From Azolla caroliniana (taxonomy: Eukaryota; Plantae; Polypodiophyta), in the NCBI GenBank assembly GCA_043228905.1, contig JBHGNT010000021.1, forward strand, positions 8,370,001-8,434,000: 64,000 nt of DNA, given 5' to 3'. Shown one piece after another: positions 25,793 to 39,600 of this stretch (the stretch's first letter is position 1; every line of letters starts with the position of its first letter). The position numbers and the translations under genes were made by a program. The notes below the pieces were generated by a model. That model saw nothing but the letters and a program-made list of their open reading frames with translations. It was not told the origin of the DNA and did no database searches.

Positions 25793-28700
25793 GTTAGGAA
25801 ACAGATCCCTCCGGATGGGATTGGAGTACCCGGCAGGGAAGACCCAGTGAGAACCGGATGATGAGTACCCAGCAAGGAAGGCCCGATGAGAGCCAGATGA
25901 CAAGTACCCGGCAAGGAAGGCCCAGTGAGAACCGGATGACAAGTACCCAGCAAGGAAGGCCCGGTGAGAACCGGATGACGAGTACCCGGCAAGAGCCGAA
26001 TGGTGAAGGCCCGATAAGAAGTGCTCACCGGATGAAGGGACATATTCATAAATACGTTTTTGAGAGTCCATCGGGGCTATATTTGTAAATAGCCGAAAAG
26101 TCATATTAGTATAAATATGACTTAGGGCAAACAGAGAGGAGTGTGGTTATTGTAGTTGTCATTTCTTGTTGGTGCAAGATCTGAGTGCGTAACTGTGTAC
26201 ATAGAGAGAGAGAGAAAGAGGAAGAGGTCGTTTCCTCTGTTGTAACCGTCGCCTGTGGCGAAGATAGCAAGCTCGAGGTCGTTGCCTCAGTGCTTCACTA
26301 TTGTACATTGTGATATAGTGATAGTTTGCAGTCTGTGGGCTATCGTGGTTTTTCCCTAGTTTGGGTTTTCCACGCTAACATCCTATGTACTCTTCTCTTC
26401 ACTGTGTCGTGCATACATTACCCGTTTTCTGTGTTTGATCCTAGACTCGGTTGTGGCCGAGCGTTGTGTTTAGAGAGCGCGTATTCCTGTCAAATTGGTA
26501 TCAGAGCAAAACGACACAGAAAAATGGACGATTTGTTGGGAGGCTCATGAGCTCTGGGAGAAGAGAGCAAGGCTCATGAGCTCTAGGAGAAGATCGGCAT
26601 TATGTTTCAGAACAAAAATGTTGTTAATCAGGTTTCGGTATTTCGGAAGCTAGTAAGACTCCGGTACCAAGATGGCTCCAGCATGGCGGAGCACATGAAT
26701 GCCTTCCAAGGGCTGATCCACCAGGCAACATCATTGGAAGTACCTCTCGCTGATGAGGTACTAGCACTACTCCTGCTCGGTTCCCTCCCAGATAGTTGGG
26801 AGACGTTGGTTGTCACCTTGGGCAACGCCGGGCCGGAAGGAAAACGGTTATCCCTAGCAAGAGTGAAGTCGAGCTTGCTAGATGAGGAGGCGCGTCGGAA
26901 AGATAAGGATACGAGCTCCGACTCTTACCAAAACGGAACGCGGAAGACAAAGGAACCGTAGTGCCCAGAACTGGGAGAAGTCGGTGACACGGTCAAAGTC
27001 AAGGGGGAGGCCTACCTGCTTCTATTGCGGCAAGCCAGGACACTTCCAGGAAAACTGTCGGCACTTCCGAAAACACAAGGAAACCGACGGCACCGATTCG
27101 AAGCGGACACCGGACTGGAACGGTAAAGACCGGAGGGGAAGGGAACGACGGCAATCGCGGCAAGTGAAGAAGAGTTGATGCTCATCACCGAGGAGAGTGA
27201 GCTAAACCTTGCCGGCGACGAGATGACCTGGGTGGTCGACTTCGGAGCGTCGTTCCACCTTACCCCGAACCGGAAATGCTTCTCATCCTACTCAGCCGGT
27301 TATCACAGCTATGTCCGGATGGGGAATGAAGGTACATGCCGAATTGTCGGCATAGGAGATGTGTGGTTGACAACACCAACCGGATGCAAGCTGTTGTTGA
27401 AGGATGTCTGACACGTTCCGGAGGTTCGTCTGAACCTGATATCAGCCAGTCGGCTAGATGATGAAGGCTACATGGGTAGCATCCGGAACGGTGTTATGAA
27501 GTTCAGCAAAGGGAGCCTGATTGTGGCTCAGGCCCGGAAGGTCAACACGTTGTACCTGATGAATGCCTGGTTATGTCTAGAGGAAGTGAACGTGGCAGCC
27601 GACACTGCCGGTGAGCTGTGGCACAAGAGGTTGTATCACATGAGCGAGAAGGGGATGAAGAGGCTTGCAGATGACAACCTCATTCCAGTGAAGAACATGC
27701 ACTTGGAGAAGTGCACTGATTGTCTGGCCGGTAAACAAAACTGGACCTCCTTCCAATCGAGGCCACCGATGAGACGTAATGCACCACTGGAGTTGGTGCA
27801 TACTAATGTGTGTCAAGTGGACACAAAGTCACATGTAGGATCGCAGTACTTCGTGATGTTCATAGATGACCACAGTCGGAAGTTGTGGGCCACACCGTTG
27901 AAGACGAAGGATCAGGTGTTATCCGTCTTCAAAGAGCTCCACGCAAGAGTGGAAAGAGAAACCGGCCGGAAGCTTAAGGCAGTTCGAGCAGATAACGGAG
28001 GTGAATACCGGGGGTAGTTCGAGGAGTACTGTCGCTCGAAGGGAATCCGGCTCGAATTTACCGTGCCGAAGACGCCGGAACTAAACGGGCTGGCTGAGAG
28101 GATGAACCGAACCATAATGGAGAGGGTCCGGAGTATGCTGGCACATGCAAAATTACCCAAGAAGTTTTGGGCTGAGGCGCTGTGGACGACGACATATGTG
28201 ATAAACAGATCACCCTCAGTAGCCTTGGATGGAGACACGCCACAGAGAGTCCGGACCGGTAAGGAAGTGTCCTACCGGCATCTGAAGGTATTCAGGTATC
28301 TCGCGTACGTGCATGTTGCTAAGGACCGGAGAGGAAAGTTGGATCCAAAGACCCGGCCATGCATATTCCTCGATTACGGCGACGATGAGTTCGGCTACCG
28401 AGTGTGGGACCTGGCCGACAAGAAGGTATTCCGGAGTCGAGATATTATCTTCATGGAGGACAAGACGCTCGCCGACTGAGAGTCGGAGAAGATGATAATG
28501 AACTCTGATTCGACCAGTAAGGATCGATTCTACGATGAGCAGACCCAACCGGCAAGAGACCGGTTAGCACTCGATGAACCGGCCGGTGACAGTAAGGAGA
28601 CAAGACAGGCCGAAGAAGAAGGAATAGGGGAAACTGGAACCGGCCAAGACCCTGAATCGGATTCGGATGAAGAACTGACGGGAACTACTCATTCCTTATA

Positions 28701-29965
28701 CGCAACGCTTGGCCACAACCGAGCTTAGAATCATACACAGAAAACGGGAAATAAATGCACGACACAGTGAAGAGAAGAGTACACAGGATGTTTACGTGGA
28801 AAACCCAAACTAGGGAAAAACCACGGCAGCCCACAAGCTGCAAACTATCACTATGTTAAAATGTACAACAGTGAGTTCACGAAGGCAACGACCTCGTGCT
28901 CACGATCCTCGCCACAGGCGGCGGTCACAACAGAGGCAACGACCTCTTTCTCTCTCTCTCTCTCTCTCTGTACACGGTTACGCGTTATCTCTCTTCTTGC
29001 ACCAACAAGAATAATAACAACTAACTAAAAGTTTGCCCTAAGTCATATTTATACTAATATGACTTTTCGGCTATTTACAAATATAGCCATGATGGACTCA
29101 CAGAAACATATTTACTAATATGTCTCTTCATCCAGTGAGCACTCCTCATCGGGTCTGCACCATCCGGCTCTCTGTAGCTGGGTACTCCTCATCCGGTCCT
29201 CACCGGATCTGCACCATCCGGCTCTCCGTAGCCGGGTACTCCTCATCCGGTTCTCACCGGGTCTGCACCATCCGGCTCTCCATAGCCGGGTACTCCTCAT
29301 CTGGTTCTCACCGGGTCTGTGCCATCCGGCTCTCCATAGCCGGGTACTCCTCCGTTTGTTCATCAGCACTGTTCTTCTCCCTTCCCATTCAGAGGGACCT
29401 GTCTCCCAACAAGAACAAATAGTGGAGCCAGTTGCCGAAGGTCAAAGACGGAGATATCCTCTCAGAGAGAGAAGGCCCCCCCGAAGATTTCCGAATGCAG
29501 AGCATGTGCTGCTGACCGATGAGGGGGAGCCAGAAAGCTTCGAGGAAGCTAAAAGTGACACCCACAGCCAAAAATGGTTAAGTGCCATGCAGGATGGGAT
29601 GGATTCCTTGCATGAGAACCATACGTACGAATTGGTGGAGTTGCCAAAAGGAAAGCGGGCACTCCGAAACAAGTGGGTGTACAAGTTGAAACCGGGAGAT
29701 GCCGGCAACCCCCCGAGATACAAAGCCAGGATCGTGGTGAACGGGTTCCAACAGAAGAAGGGCATGGACTTCGACGAGATATTTGACCCAGTAGCAAAGA
29801 TGACCTCCATCCGGATGGTGCTGAGTATAGTGGCAAGCATGGACCTCGAGTTAGAGCAGCTGGACGTGAAGACGACATTCCTTCACGGTGACCTCAAAGA
29901 GGAGATCTACATGCAGCAACCGGAAGGATTCGTGGAGAAAGGGAAGGAGTGCCTGGTTTGCCGGT
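25793..29965 (+). mobile_element. Decayed, 3'-truncated Ty1/Copia related to the intact element at 49684
   Basis: 5' LTR 25793-26492 and tRNA-Met PBS tggtatcagagc at 26496. Gag CFYCGKPGHFQENC, PR WVVDFGAS, INT RADNGGEY, RT QLDVKTTFLHGDL. Stops and frameshifts throughout. Confidence 0.92.
28676..29411 (-). mobile_element. Solo LTR of a related Copia family, inverted, inside the previous element
   Basis: TG...CA ends with TSD AGAAC on both sides. Carries 39-bp tandem repeats like the LTR at 25793. Confidence 0.9.
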
Positions 29966-30009
29966 TTAGGGTATCAACACACGAGTTGATAAGGTATCAA
30001 CACACGAGT

Positions 30010-31100
30010 TGTATTGTCGGTGATCCTAGGTAACCTTCATTACTTCCTCGGGATTGAGGTGATCCATACCCCTGACGACATATTGTTATGTTAGCGACAT
30101 TATGTGTTGAATATGTTGTACAAGTTCGGCATGACTGACTGTCGACCGATCTTGACACCCCTAGACTGGCACCTCAAGCTATGTCCTGATTCCAGACCAG
30201 CCTGCAATGAGAAACGGTTCCGATAAATTGTCAGAAACCTAATATATCTTACTATCACCCGACTGACATCAGCTATCCAATCGGAGAGATATGTCAATTT
30301 ATGCAGGAGTCGATCGTGGACCAACTTCAATTCGCACACCGAATACTCAAGTATGTTAGCGGTGTTGAATGCGGGTCTCTAATGGACGTATTCACACTGT
30401 CTCCCTTTGTACACACTAGGTTTAGGCTATTTATGTAAATAGTGAGAAGGGCAGTTCCCCTAAGTTAGTCAATATATAAATTGACCTTGTAACCTTGTTT
30501 CAAGATTGGGGGTTGAAGGTGGTTGAAATATATTTTACCTTGTTCCCAATCGTCTCTCTCTCTTGTGTTATTGATTGATCTTAGTGCTTGATTCAATCTC
30601 TAGTTGCCATCAATATTCTCCTTACGGAAGAGTGTTGAGTTTGTTTTGAACTTATACGACCGCATTCCCAACATTTGGTATCAGAGCTTGGTTCTCTCGA
30701 TTCTGCTGCCGCCGTCTACTTTAGCTGCATGAGCAACTCTTCTTCTGTACACCGTGAAGATCTCGATTGGCAACCCTCTACAAGATCGTTTTTGGCGAAG
30801 AGAAACACTAACAAAATCTACACTCCACTATAATTTCTAAATCACCATTCAAGTGAGCCAATCGGCTGCACTTCACTCCTGTGATTGTAGCCACTCGGAG
30901 TGAGATTTCGCTTCACAAGCTCTGCCTTAGTCGTACTACATTGGCCTCTATAACCTTCGGATGAAAGAATCTAATTCGGTCTAGGCACACCTCAACGAGT
31001 ATGAAAGTCTGAGCCCCCAAATTTCAGCTCAGGTGACGACTATCGAGGATGAACTAAGAGCAATGTTGCTTATGAGTAGCCTGGCCCCTTCGTGGGAAAC
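30010..31100 (+). mobile_element. Copia RT fragment (about 30020-30363), then another Copia 5' LTR (30364-30673), PBS and gag fragment
   Basis: LHYFLGIEVI and LIYLTITR remnants. tgttgaa...cccaaca followed by tttggtatcagagc. Gag remnant LLMSSLAPSWET. Confidence 0.75.
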
Positions 31101-32874
31101 TGTAAAAGAATACGTTGTGCGGAAGCAATAGAAAACCGAACACAAAAAACACAGGTTTAATGGAGAGCTTAGAATATACACAGTACACGGGAGAGACAGA
31201 GAAAGAGTAGAACATTAATAATCTATTACAAAACAATAATAGTTCCTTGTACATAAAAAGTGCTCAACAGCACTATTTATACAAGTCCTAAGAGGATTGA
31301 CAGAAGTACCGCGTACTTCAATGCTCACTCGAGCGTCTGACACTAACTACGAGACTATTAACTACCTAGTAGTCTAGGCTACTGCTAGGCTTCCAGTTAC
31401 TGTTTGATCTAGCTAACCGGATCCCCAGCTCACCGGCTCATTTCCTCACCGGCTTGCCGAACTATCTCGCTCACCGGCTCAGGCTTATTCAACTTGAGCT
31501 TGCCGCTCAACACTCCCCCTTAAGCTCAACTTGAGGTCGGATCGTAGTGTCAGTCTCCATGACAGCCGGTCCTTCCACCCGGCTCCTTCTGGCGTCACTC
31601 TGCCGCGCCCCTTTTGATTCTACGTGCCTCGACCTCCTCGGTTGGCTTGTCTACTCATTAGGCCCAATTCAGCTCCCTCGTTGTTGTGACTTCGGAGCTT
31701 GCCGATTCGCCGATTCCTTCGTGTTGGCATCGACTTTCGCTGCCTTCTCGTCCTCTTGGCCTTGAATTGATCCGGTTCTTCCGAATGCTACATATATCCA
31801 GAGGTGGATCGGCGATCTGATGCATCGTCGGCCCAGTCGGCATGGGTGTAGCCGACTAGCTCTTCGGTTATACCATGCTGGTATAACAGTCCCCAGTCCT
31901 TCGTGCCACTCACATATCGCAAAATTCGATGCACGCACAGAAGGTGCTCCACGGTCGGCTTCTGTATATATTGGCTGATCACGCCAACTGGATAGTTGAT
32001 GTCGGGTCGGGTGATTGTCAAATATATAAGGCTTCCGACGATTTGTCGGAACCGCTTCTCATCACAGGCCGGTTCGGAGTTGGGACGGAGCTTCTGGTTC
32101 CGGTCCAGGGGTGTGGAGATCAGTCGGCATTACATCATGCCGAACTTATACAGCATATTCAACACATAGTGTCTTTGTGAGAGCAATATGCCATTGAGGG
32201 TTCGGATCACCTCGATCCCAAGGAAATAGTGAAGGTCCTCCAGGTCCTTCATCTCAAATGCATCCGACAACTGGGACTTGACTCGGCTAATTTCATCAAG
32301 TCCGGGTTCGGTGATGACGAGATCATCCACATACAACAAGATGCAAACCAGATCGTCCGGACCATGCCGGATGAACAACGAAGAGTCGGACTTGGAGACC
32401 GCAAACCCCATCTGACGCAACCGGTGCGTGATCTTCGCATTCCAAGCTCGGGGGGCTTGCTTCAGGCCATAAAGTGACTTCTTCAAATGGCATACAGCCG
32501 ACTCATTCGTCTCTGACTGGAAACCGGGGGGGTTGGGTCATAAAGACCTCTTCTTCAAGATCGCCTTGAAGAAATGCATTCTTCACGTCCATCTGGTGAA
32601 GATGCCACCCCCTTGCCGCAGCAATCACCAGCACCACATGAACCGTTGCCATCTTCGCTACCGGAGCGAAGGTCTCGTCATAGTCAATTTCGTGGGTCTT
32701 CGTGTATCCCTTCACCACTAACTGGGCCTTGTACCAGTTAACTGAATCGTCGGCATTCTACTTTACCTTGTACACCCACTTACATCCGATCGGTTTACAA
32801 TGACGGGGAGGGTCAACTAGGTCCCATGTGTCGTTAGCATCAAGTGCCCGCATTTCTTCCTCCATAGCGGCACA
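31101..32874 (-). mobile_element. Copia 3' fragment: RT, deleted RNase H, PPT and LTR (31101-31512)
   Basis: [36 protein letters not shown] and RRSTSGY. PPT aagggggag at 31513-31521. Confidence 0.88.
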
Positions 32875-33608
32875 CGCATTTCTTCCTCCATAGCGGCACA
32901 TCAAACAGGTATACCATACTGTAGCTAATAAGCTTAGTCTTTTCTAATTAGCTATCCTACTAGCTAATTAGCTACTGGCAGCTAATGAGCTACTAGCTAA
33001 TTAGCTATCCTAGTAGCTAATTAGCTATGGTACTAGCTAATTAGCTAGTACCATAGTTGTGTAAAAAAGCTAAATAGCTATCCTACTAGCTAATTAGCCA
33101 CTGGCAACTAATTAGTTATCCTAGTAACTAATTAGCTACTGCCATAGTTGTGTAAAGTAGCTAATAAGATATCCTAGTAGCTAATTAGCTATGGTACTAG
33201 CTAATTAGCTAGTACCATAGTTGTGTAAAAAAGCTAATTAGCTATCCTACTAGCTAATTAGCTACTCGCAACTAATTAGCTATCCTAGTAGCTAATTAGC
33301 TACTGGCAACTAAATAGCTATCCTACTAGCTAATTAGCTATCATAGTAGCTAATTAGCTACTGACATAGTTGTGTAAAGTAGCTAATAAGCTATCCTAGT
33401 AGCTAATTAGCTACTGGCAGCTAATTAGCTATCCGAGTAGCTAATTAGCTACTGGCAGCTAATTAGTTGTCCTAGTAGCTAATAAGCTATCCTAGCTACT
33501 ACATAGTTGAGAAAGTAGCTAATTAGCTTTCATTGTAGCTAATTAGCTATCCTAGCTACCACCATAGTTAGTAAAGTAGCTAATTAGCTATCCTAGCTAC
33601 TACCATAG

Positions 33609-36600
33609 TATTATAGATCTAGGTACTAAAGTAAGCTTAAGATAAGGATAAAGAAATGAAAGATAGAAAGGAGAAAGAGAAAGAAGGGTGCCGATCCACC
33701 CGACCACCCCCGAGCGAAGGGATCGAGACGGACTCGAGCCTCGATCGGCGTCCCATACCACTGCTGTGGCATCGAGTCGTACCTGGTGCTGGCGCGCTCG
33801 CTACAAGAGTTGACCCACCACATGAGCAGAGTCTCGATGTAGTCAAAAGATGATCAAATGAAGGTAGCTAGGCCTCTTATTTATAGCGATACCCAAGGCC
33901 CCCAGGCAAGTTCACACTTGACCTAATGGGTTGTCTCAATCCCGAGGATTAAAAGTAATCCTCCCCTTCTTTACACTCTCGTTTAACCCTCACACTTATC
34001 CACGTGTATAGAATACTACGGTAAATTCTTACCACGGGATATTATATGGTCATGCCCGTAACATACTCCCCCTCTTTAAAACATTGCACTCTTGCAATGA
34101 AAAGTTAGGGAAGTTAGTTCTAAGAGTATTTTCGCATTCCCATGTGGCATCTTTTATTGATTTATCCATCCATTTTATTTTGAATTCTCGGATTTCTTTA
34201 GTATGTAATTTTTTTGTTTTAACATCGAGAATTCTTTCTGGTACATGTGATTTAGAAGATAGTTCTTCAGAAGTAACCAGAGTTTCAGTCGTAACTGTAT
34301 TGTCGCCAGAACCTAGAAGTTCTTTTAGACGACTCACATGAAAGACTGGATGAATTCCGACACCATCGGGAAGAGCGAGACGATAGGCTGATGACCCAAT
34401 GCGTTTGAGGACTGTAAAAGGTCCACAAAACCGTGGGGCTAACTTAGCGCACTTACCCGTAGACAATGTCTTAGAATTGTGAGGTACACGTAAAAATACC
34501 TTCTGTCCAAGGTTGAATACACGAGGTTGCCTATGATGATCGGCATAAAAACGCGCTCTATCTTGAGCTGTTTTTATATTATCTCGTGCAATATGCAACA
34601 TATCTTGCATATCCCGAAGAAAGTTTTGCGTACTTCGCAACTCATCATGATGTATATTAACATCAATCGGGGCTCGTGGCTGAAAACCATACATCAACAT
34701 AAAAGGACTATATCCCGTCGACGTATGCTTGGAGCTGTTATAAGCAAACTCCAAAATTGGGAGATAACGTTCCCATTTTGTTGGTTTTGCACCAACGTAT
34801 GCTCGAAGCATGTCCTCAATAATTTGATTTACTCGTTCTGTCTGTCCATCGGATTGAGGATGATCCGTGGAACTCATGCTCAACGTAGTTTCTAACTTCT
34901 TAAAGACTTGTGTCTAGAAGTCACTAGTAAACTTTGGATCTCGATCACTCACGATATCCATCGGTAACCCATAAAAACGAAACAATTCGTCAACGAATTG
35001 GTAAGCCAATTCAGGAGCTGTTACCGTGGTTTTAGTAGCAATAAATCTGGCCATTTTAGTTAGTCGATCAACGACAACCCAGATGGCATCATGACCTTTT
35101 TGGGTGCGAGGAAGGCTAACAATAAAATCCATGGATATACTTTCCCACTTATTATTGGGAATGTCCAAGGGATGTAAAAGTCCTACGGCTTTAAGTCGCT
35201 CGGCTTTGTTAACCTGACATTGGTGACATTTAGTCACATAGCTATGTATGTCAGGACGCATCTTAGGCCAATAAAATTGAGTGGAGATGAGAACGAGTGT
35301 ACGATGTATTCCAGGGTGCCCTGCTGAGGGTGCATCATGGCATTCAAAAAGAATCCTCTTTTTGACCTCGGGTAAATCTGGAACACAAACCTTCCCATTA
35401 CGGTAGAGCAAACCGTTAGCAATGTGGAAGTATTCCTTCGAGGATGTGGTGGTGTCTGTTCCAGACTCAACTCTTGCCCAGTATTTTGCGAAATAACTGT
35501 CATCAGGATACTTTCCTCAAAGGTGATCATAAAGATCTGATGATATTGCAGTGAAGCTAAGCATGTTAACTTCACGGATGCGACTTAGTGCATCAGCGAC
35601 AGTGTTCATGGAACCTGTACGATATCGTATGGAAAAATCAAAGTCCTGGATGAGATCAGCCCATCGTGCCTTACGACCTTTCAGGTCTTGTTGGTCACAA
35701 AAATATTTCAAGGACTCGTGGTCCGTAGTTACCACAAAGTGATTTCCATAAAGATAATGGTGCCATGTTTTGAGCGCATGTATAACTGCAAATAATTCCT
35801 TTTCTTGAACGGTATACCGACATTGAGCAGAATCAAGTTTCTTACTCTCGAATGCTATTGGTTTACCATCTTGATACAAGACAGCACCTATAGCATAATC
35901 GCTTGCATCGGTTTCAACCTCAAAAGGTTTTGAAGGATTGGGTAAAAGAAGTGAAGGAGCCTTGCAAACCAGGTCCTTGAGTTCCTTAAAGGCAAGGTCT
36001 AGTGTAGCATTCCACACAATAGGTTTTGTAGACTTACGCATTTGACCTTTTAAAAGATCAGTAAACGGCGTCGTCAATTGGGAGTAATTACGAAGAGACT
36101 TTCGCAAAAACCCCACAAAACCAAGGAATGATCGAACTTCTTGAATATTCCGAAGAGTGGGCCAGAGCTTGATTTTCTCAATGCGAGAAGGATCAATTTC
36201 AACTCCTCGTTCGGTTATGCGATGTCCTAGATAAGTAATTGATTTCTTGAAGAACTCACATTTTGAGATCTTCGCATAAAATTGTTTGTCACGCAATGTT
36301 TGTAAAACAAAGCGGACATGTCTAGCATGTTCTTGTAATGTACGGCTATAAACTAAAATATCATCCAAGAAAATAACGACAAATTTTCCAAGTTGTTCTC
36401 GGAAAATGTCATTCATTTCTTGTTGAAAAGTAGCCGGAGCATTGGTCAAAACAAAAGGCATAACCAAAAACTCGTAATGGCCATAGCGCGTACAAAATGC
36501 CGTTTTAGGAACATCGTCCTCACTTATTCGTATTTGATGGTAGCCAGTACGGAGATCAAGTTTCGTAAAATACCGAGCTCCCTGGAGACGGTCAATTAGA

Positions 36601-39600
36601 TCGTCAGCTCGGGGCAATGGATACGAATTCTTTATTCAAGCGTCGGTAATTAATACACATACGCCATGTGCCCTCTTTATTTTTAACCAAGAGAACTGGT
36701 GCACCCCATGGAGATTTACTATAACGTATATAACCCATTCGTAAATAGTCCTTGAGTTGCTTAGATACCTCATCTTCTTCGGATCGACTTAAGCGATACG
36801 GAGGTATACTTATTGGTGCAACACCAGGTACAATATCTATACGATGGTCTATATTACGTTTAGGAGGTAACCCATCAAGTAGTTCACTTGGAAAAACATC
36901 ATGAAAATCATTTAAGATTTCATCAAGTTGTTTTTGTTCAAAATATGTTAATTGAATCGGGACATTATCGATATTGTAAACGTGAATGTCCGGATCAAGT
37001 ACACAATAATATAACGTAGAACAAGACAACTCGGATATTGATGGACACGAGGAAACAATCGAGAGGGATTGTTTTTTTACACATTGAATAAAATGCGTAC
37101 AATCGTTCAGTACAAAAGAAATGGAATGACGAACCCAATCAATAAATAAAGAAGAGTTTTTATTATAAAACCAGGGATAACCCAGTATTACATCGGTGGT
37201 ACAAAGATTCATTACATGGAAGTCTACTTCCTCTATATAAGTATCAATAGAAATTCCTAATGAATGAATCGCCCCGTTGATGTATTGTACTCTTCCATCA
37301 GCCAAGTGCACCGTGTAGGTGTGATCACTTACGGTGGGTTGGATTCCCCATATCTGAACCAAACGATCATTCACAAAATTGTGTGAGCTTCCCGAATCAA
37401 ATAAAAATTGTACGGGAGATCCATTGATATACCCGTTTGCACGTAGTAAATCATTGGGACCCAATACATAGTGAGGGAAAGAACATTGACAATTACTTAA
37501 ATGATGTGTATAGACCTGAAGGACATTAGGAATCTGACCTTTATGGTTTGCAGCTTTAGCTTTGTTGTCGTGCTCTTTCCGTTGGAGCCTTCGACATTGA
37601 TCTTTTGTATGACCCTTCTTTTTGCAGAATACACAAAAAGGATGTTGTCGCTTACAATCGCGATCCAGGAATTCGTTGGGTGTCTTGCGTTTCCCAACAA
37701 ATTGCGACTGCTTAGTCCCAGGCGCTTCGTTGGGTTTGTTATGGTCCTTCTTCGAAGTGCGTTGATAGCGAAGAACTATTTCAACGGCCTCTTCGAAGGA
37801 TTTTGGATCCTTATCGTGCACTATCCAGTGATAGTCCGAATTGGGGATGCCATTGACAAAACAAGCTATCAACCAATTGTCCCCTTCTAGACCCGATTTT
37901 TGGATTTGGGTTCTAGCATGGTGAACATAGTCTTCTAGCGAGGAAAATTTCCTGCTAGAGAGGTTCATTAAAGCTTGTGCTGCCTCGGTTCGAGAGGGAG
38001 GTTGCAGAAATTGGCCCTTAAAAACCGTGACAAAATCTGTCCAGGTATCGGGCAATTTCCCCATAGTACGGAGGCCACGCCACCAGGCGGCGGCCTTACC
38101 CCCGAGTTCTCGGCCGACATATGCAATCTTCGTACTATCTGGCGTGGGATAGAGCTCAAAATGAGACTCCCATCGTCCCAGCCATGTGCAGATTGCTTCT
38201 TCGGTTCTTTCCTTTTTGTCTCCCGTAAATGGCTTAACGACAAATGATGGTTCACCTTGTCGCTCATCAGGTCTATTAGTCTCACGTTGTAGACTAATGA
38301 CATGTGCCTCAAGAGCACTCTGAGATTGCCGAAGTTCGGTCATCTGTTGAGCGGTGAAACTAAGGTATTGGGTTATTTGTGCCAAATACATCTCAGTGGA
38401 CATTTGTCCAGGAGGATTCCCTTGAGTTGCTTCCGCTTGAGCGGATGACATGGGGTCGTTAATTTGAGCCATTAAAGATTATTTCTGGAAAAGAAATAGG
38501 ATAAGGTCAGAGAGATAGTCATAATATCATGTCGTGATGTAAACATATCATGGGCGAGCATTAATCGATATCATTATCTCACGTCAATACCCCTCTAGAC
38601 GTATGAGATGAGGTTCAAGATCAGGTTACTATGGTAACACAAAGGTGTTTTAAAAACCATGGGGGTGACAAATAAATGTCTTTCCCTTATCTCTATATCG
38701 ATTTTTTCATGGTGGCTCCCCGAGGCTCAACCATGTATGTTCGCGTCATGAATAGTTTATACACGAAAAAAATGTTAACAATAAACTATGTTTCGGTGCC
38801 CACATAAGTGGTTTCGGCTCTTTAAGTCCTATTACGAGGACCCCGAGGTGCACTTAGACCTTAAGTCTAAACATGTGTTATAGTCATATGTATCAAGGAT
38901 GTTGTATGGTCTTTGTCATATTTGAACTCGAGACCTCGAGAACAAATACATTAAACACTTGAGCCAACCAAGTAAGTTGCTCTTCTCGAATGCTTAATGT
39001 TTGATGCGTATAAGAGATATGCGAGGCAATTGATCATATATGTTTTTTTAAAAGAACATATATGTCAAGGGTCCTTATTTCGCCCTCATTTACCAAAACT
39101 ATGTTGGTACGTTACCTAACCTCAAGTCTCGTAATTACGATGGCATACGCCAAAGTGCAACCTAATGGTCAAGCCAAATGAGCCCTTGTTTCGTAGTAGG
39201 CTCACGTGGGCCATCACATGGTCACGTCATTACGAATGCCTCTCATAAGAACGAGCTCATGGTGGCATCGTATCCATGTAACGAGGGAGGGATGTTGGAT
39301 ACGTGCGTCATTGGAGCGACCTCACTTGAAGTGGGTCAAGCCCTACGTACTCAACATCATTTTGGCTATTGGCGTTTCTTTACGTAACGAAATCGAGGTC
39401 ATCAACGGGGTTATCAACAATAAAAAATTGTTGAAAAAGGGATGGTGACAACGCCATTCTCACAAAAATGTGAGGACGGCCACCAACATCCTTTTCCCGA
39501 CCATGACAACTTTCGATATAATCACGTAATTACGAATATACACATATGTTTACTTATCACATATATACGATCAAATACGTATATATGTGACCACATATGC

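Noticed and set aside
25384-26104. ORFs with 13-aa repeats (also 29115-29422, 49509-50153, 54394-54864)
   Set aside because: These are translations of LTR sequence and its tandem repeats, with no protein signature.
32875-32930. Left TIR and TSD of the DNA transposon
   Set aside because: No GAGTGGAAAC-like end is present and the flanking Copia pieces are in opposite orientations, so a clean insertion cannot be claimed.
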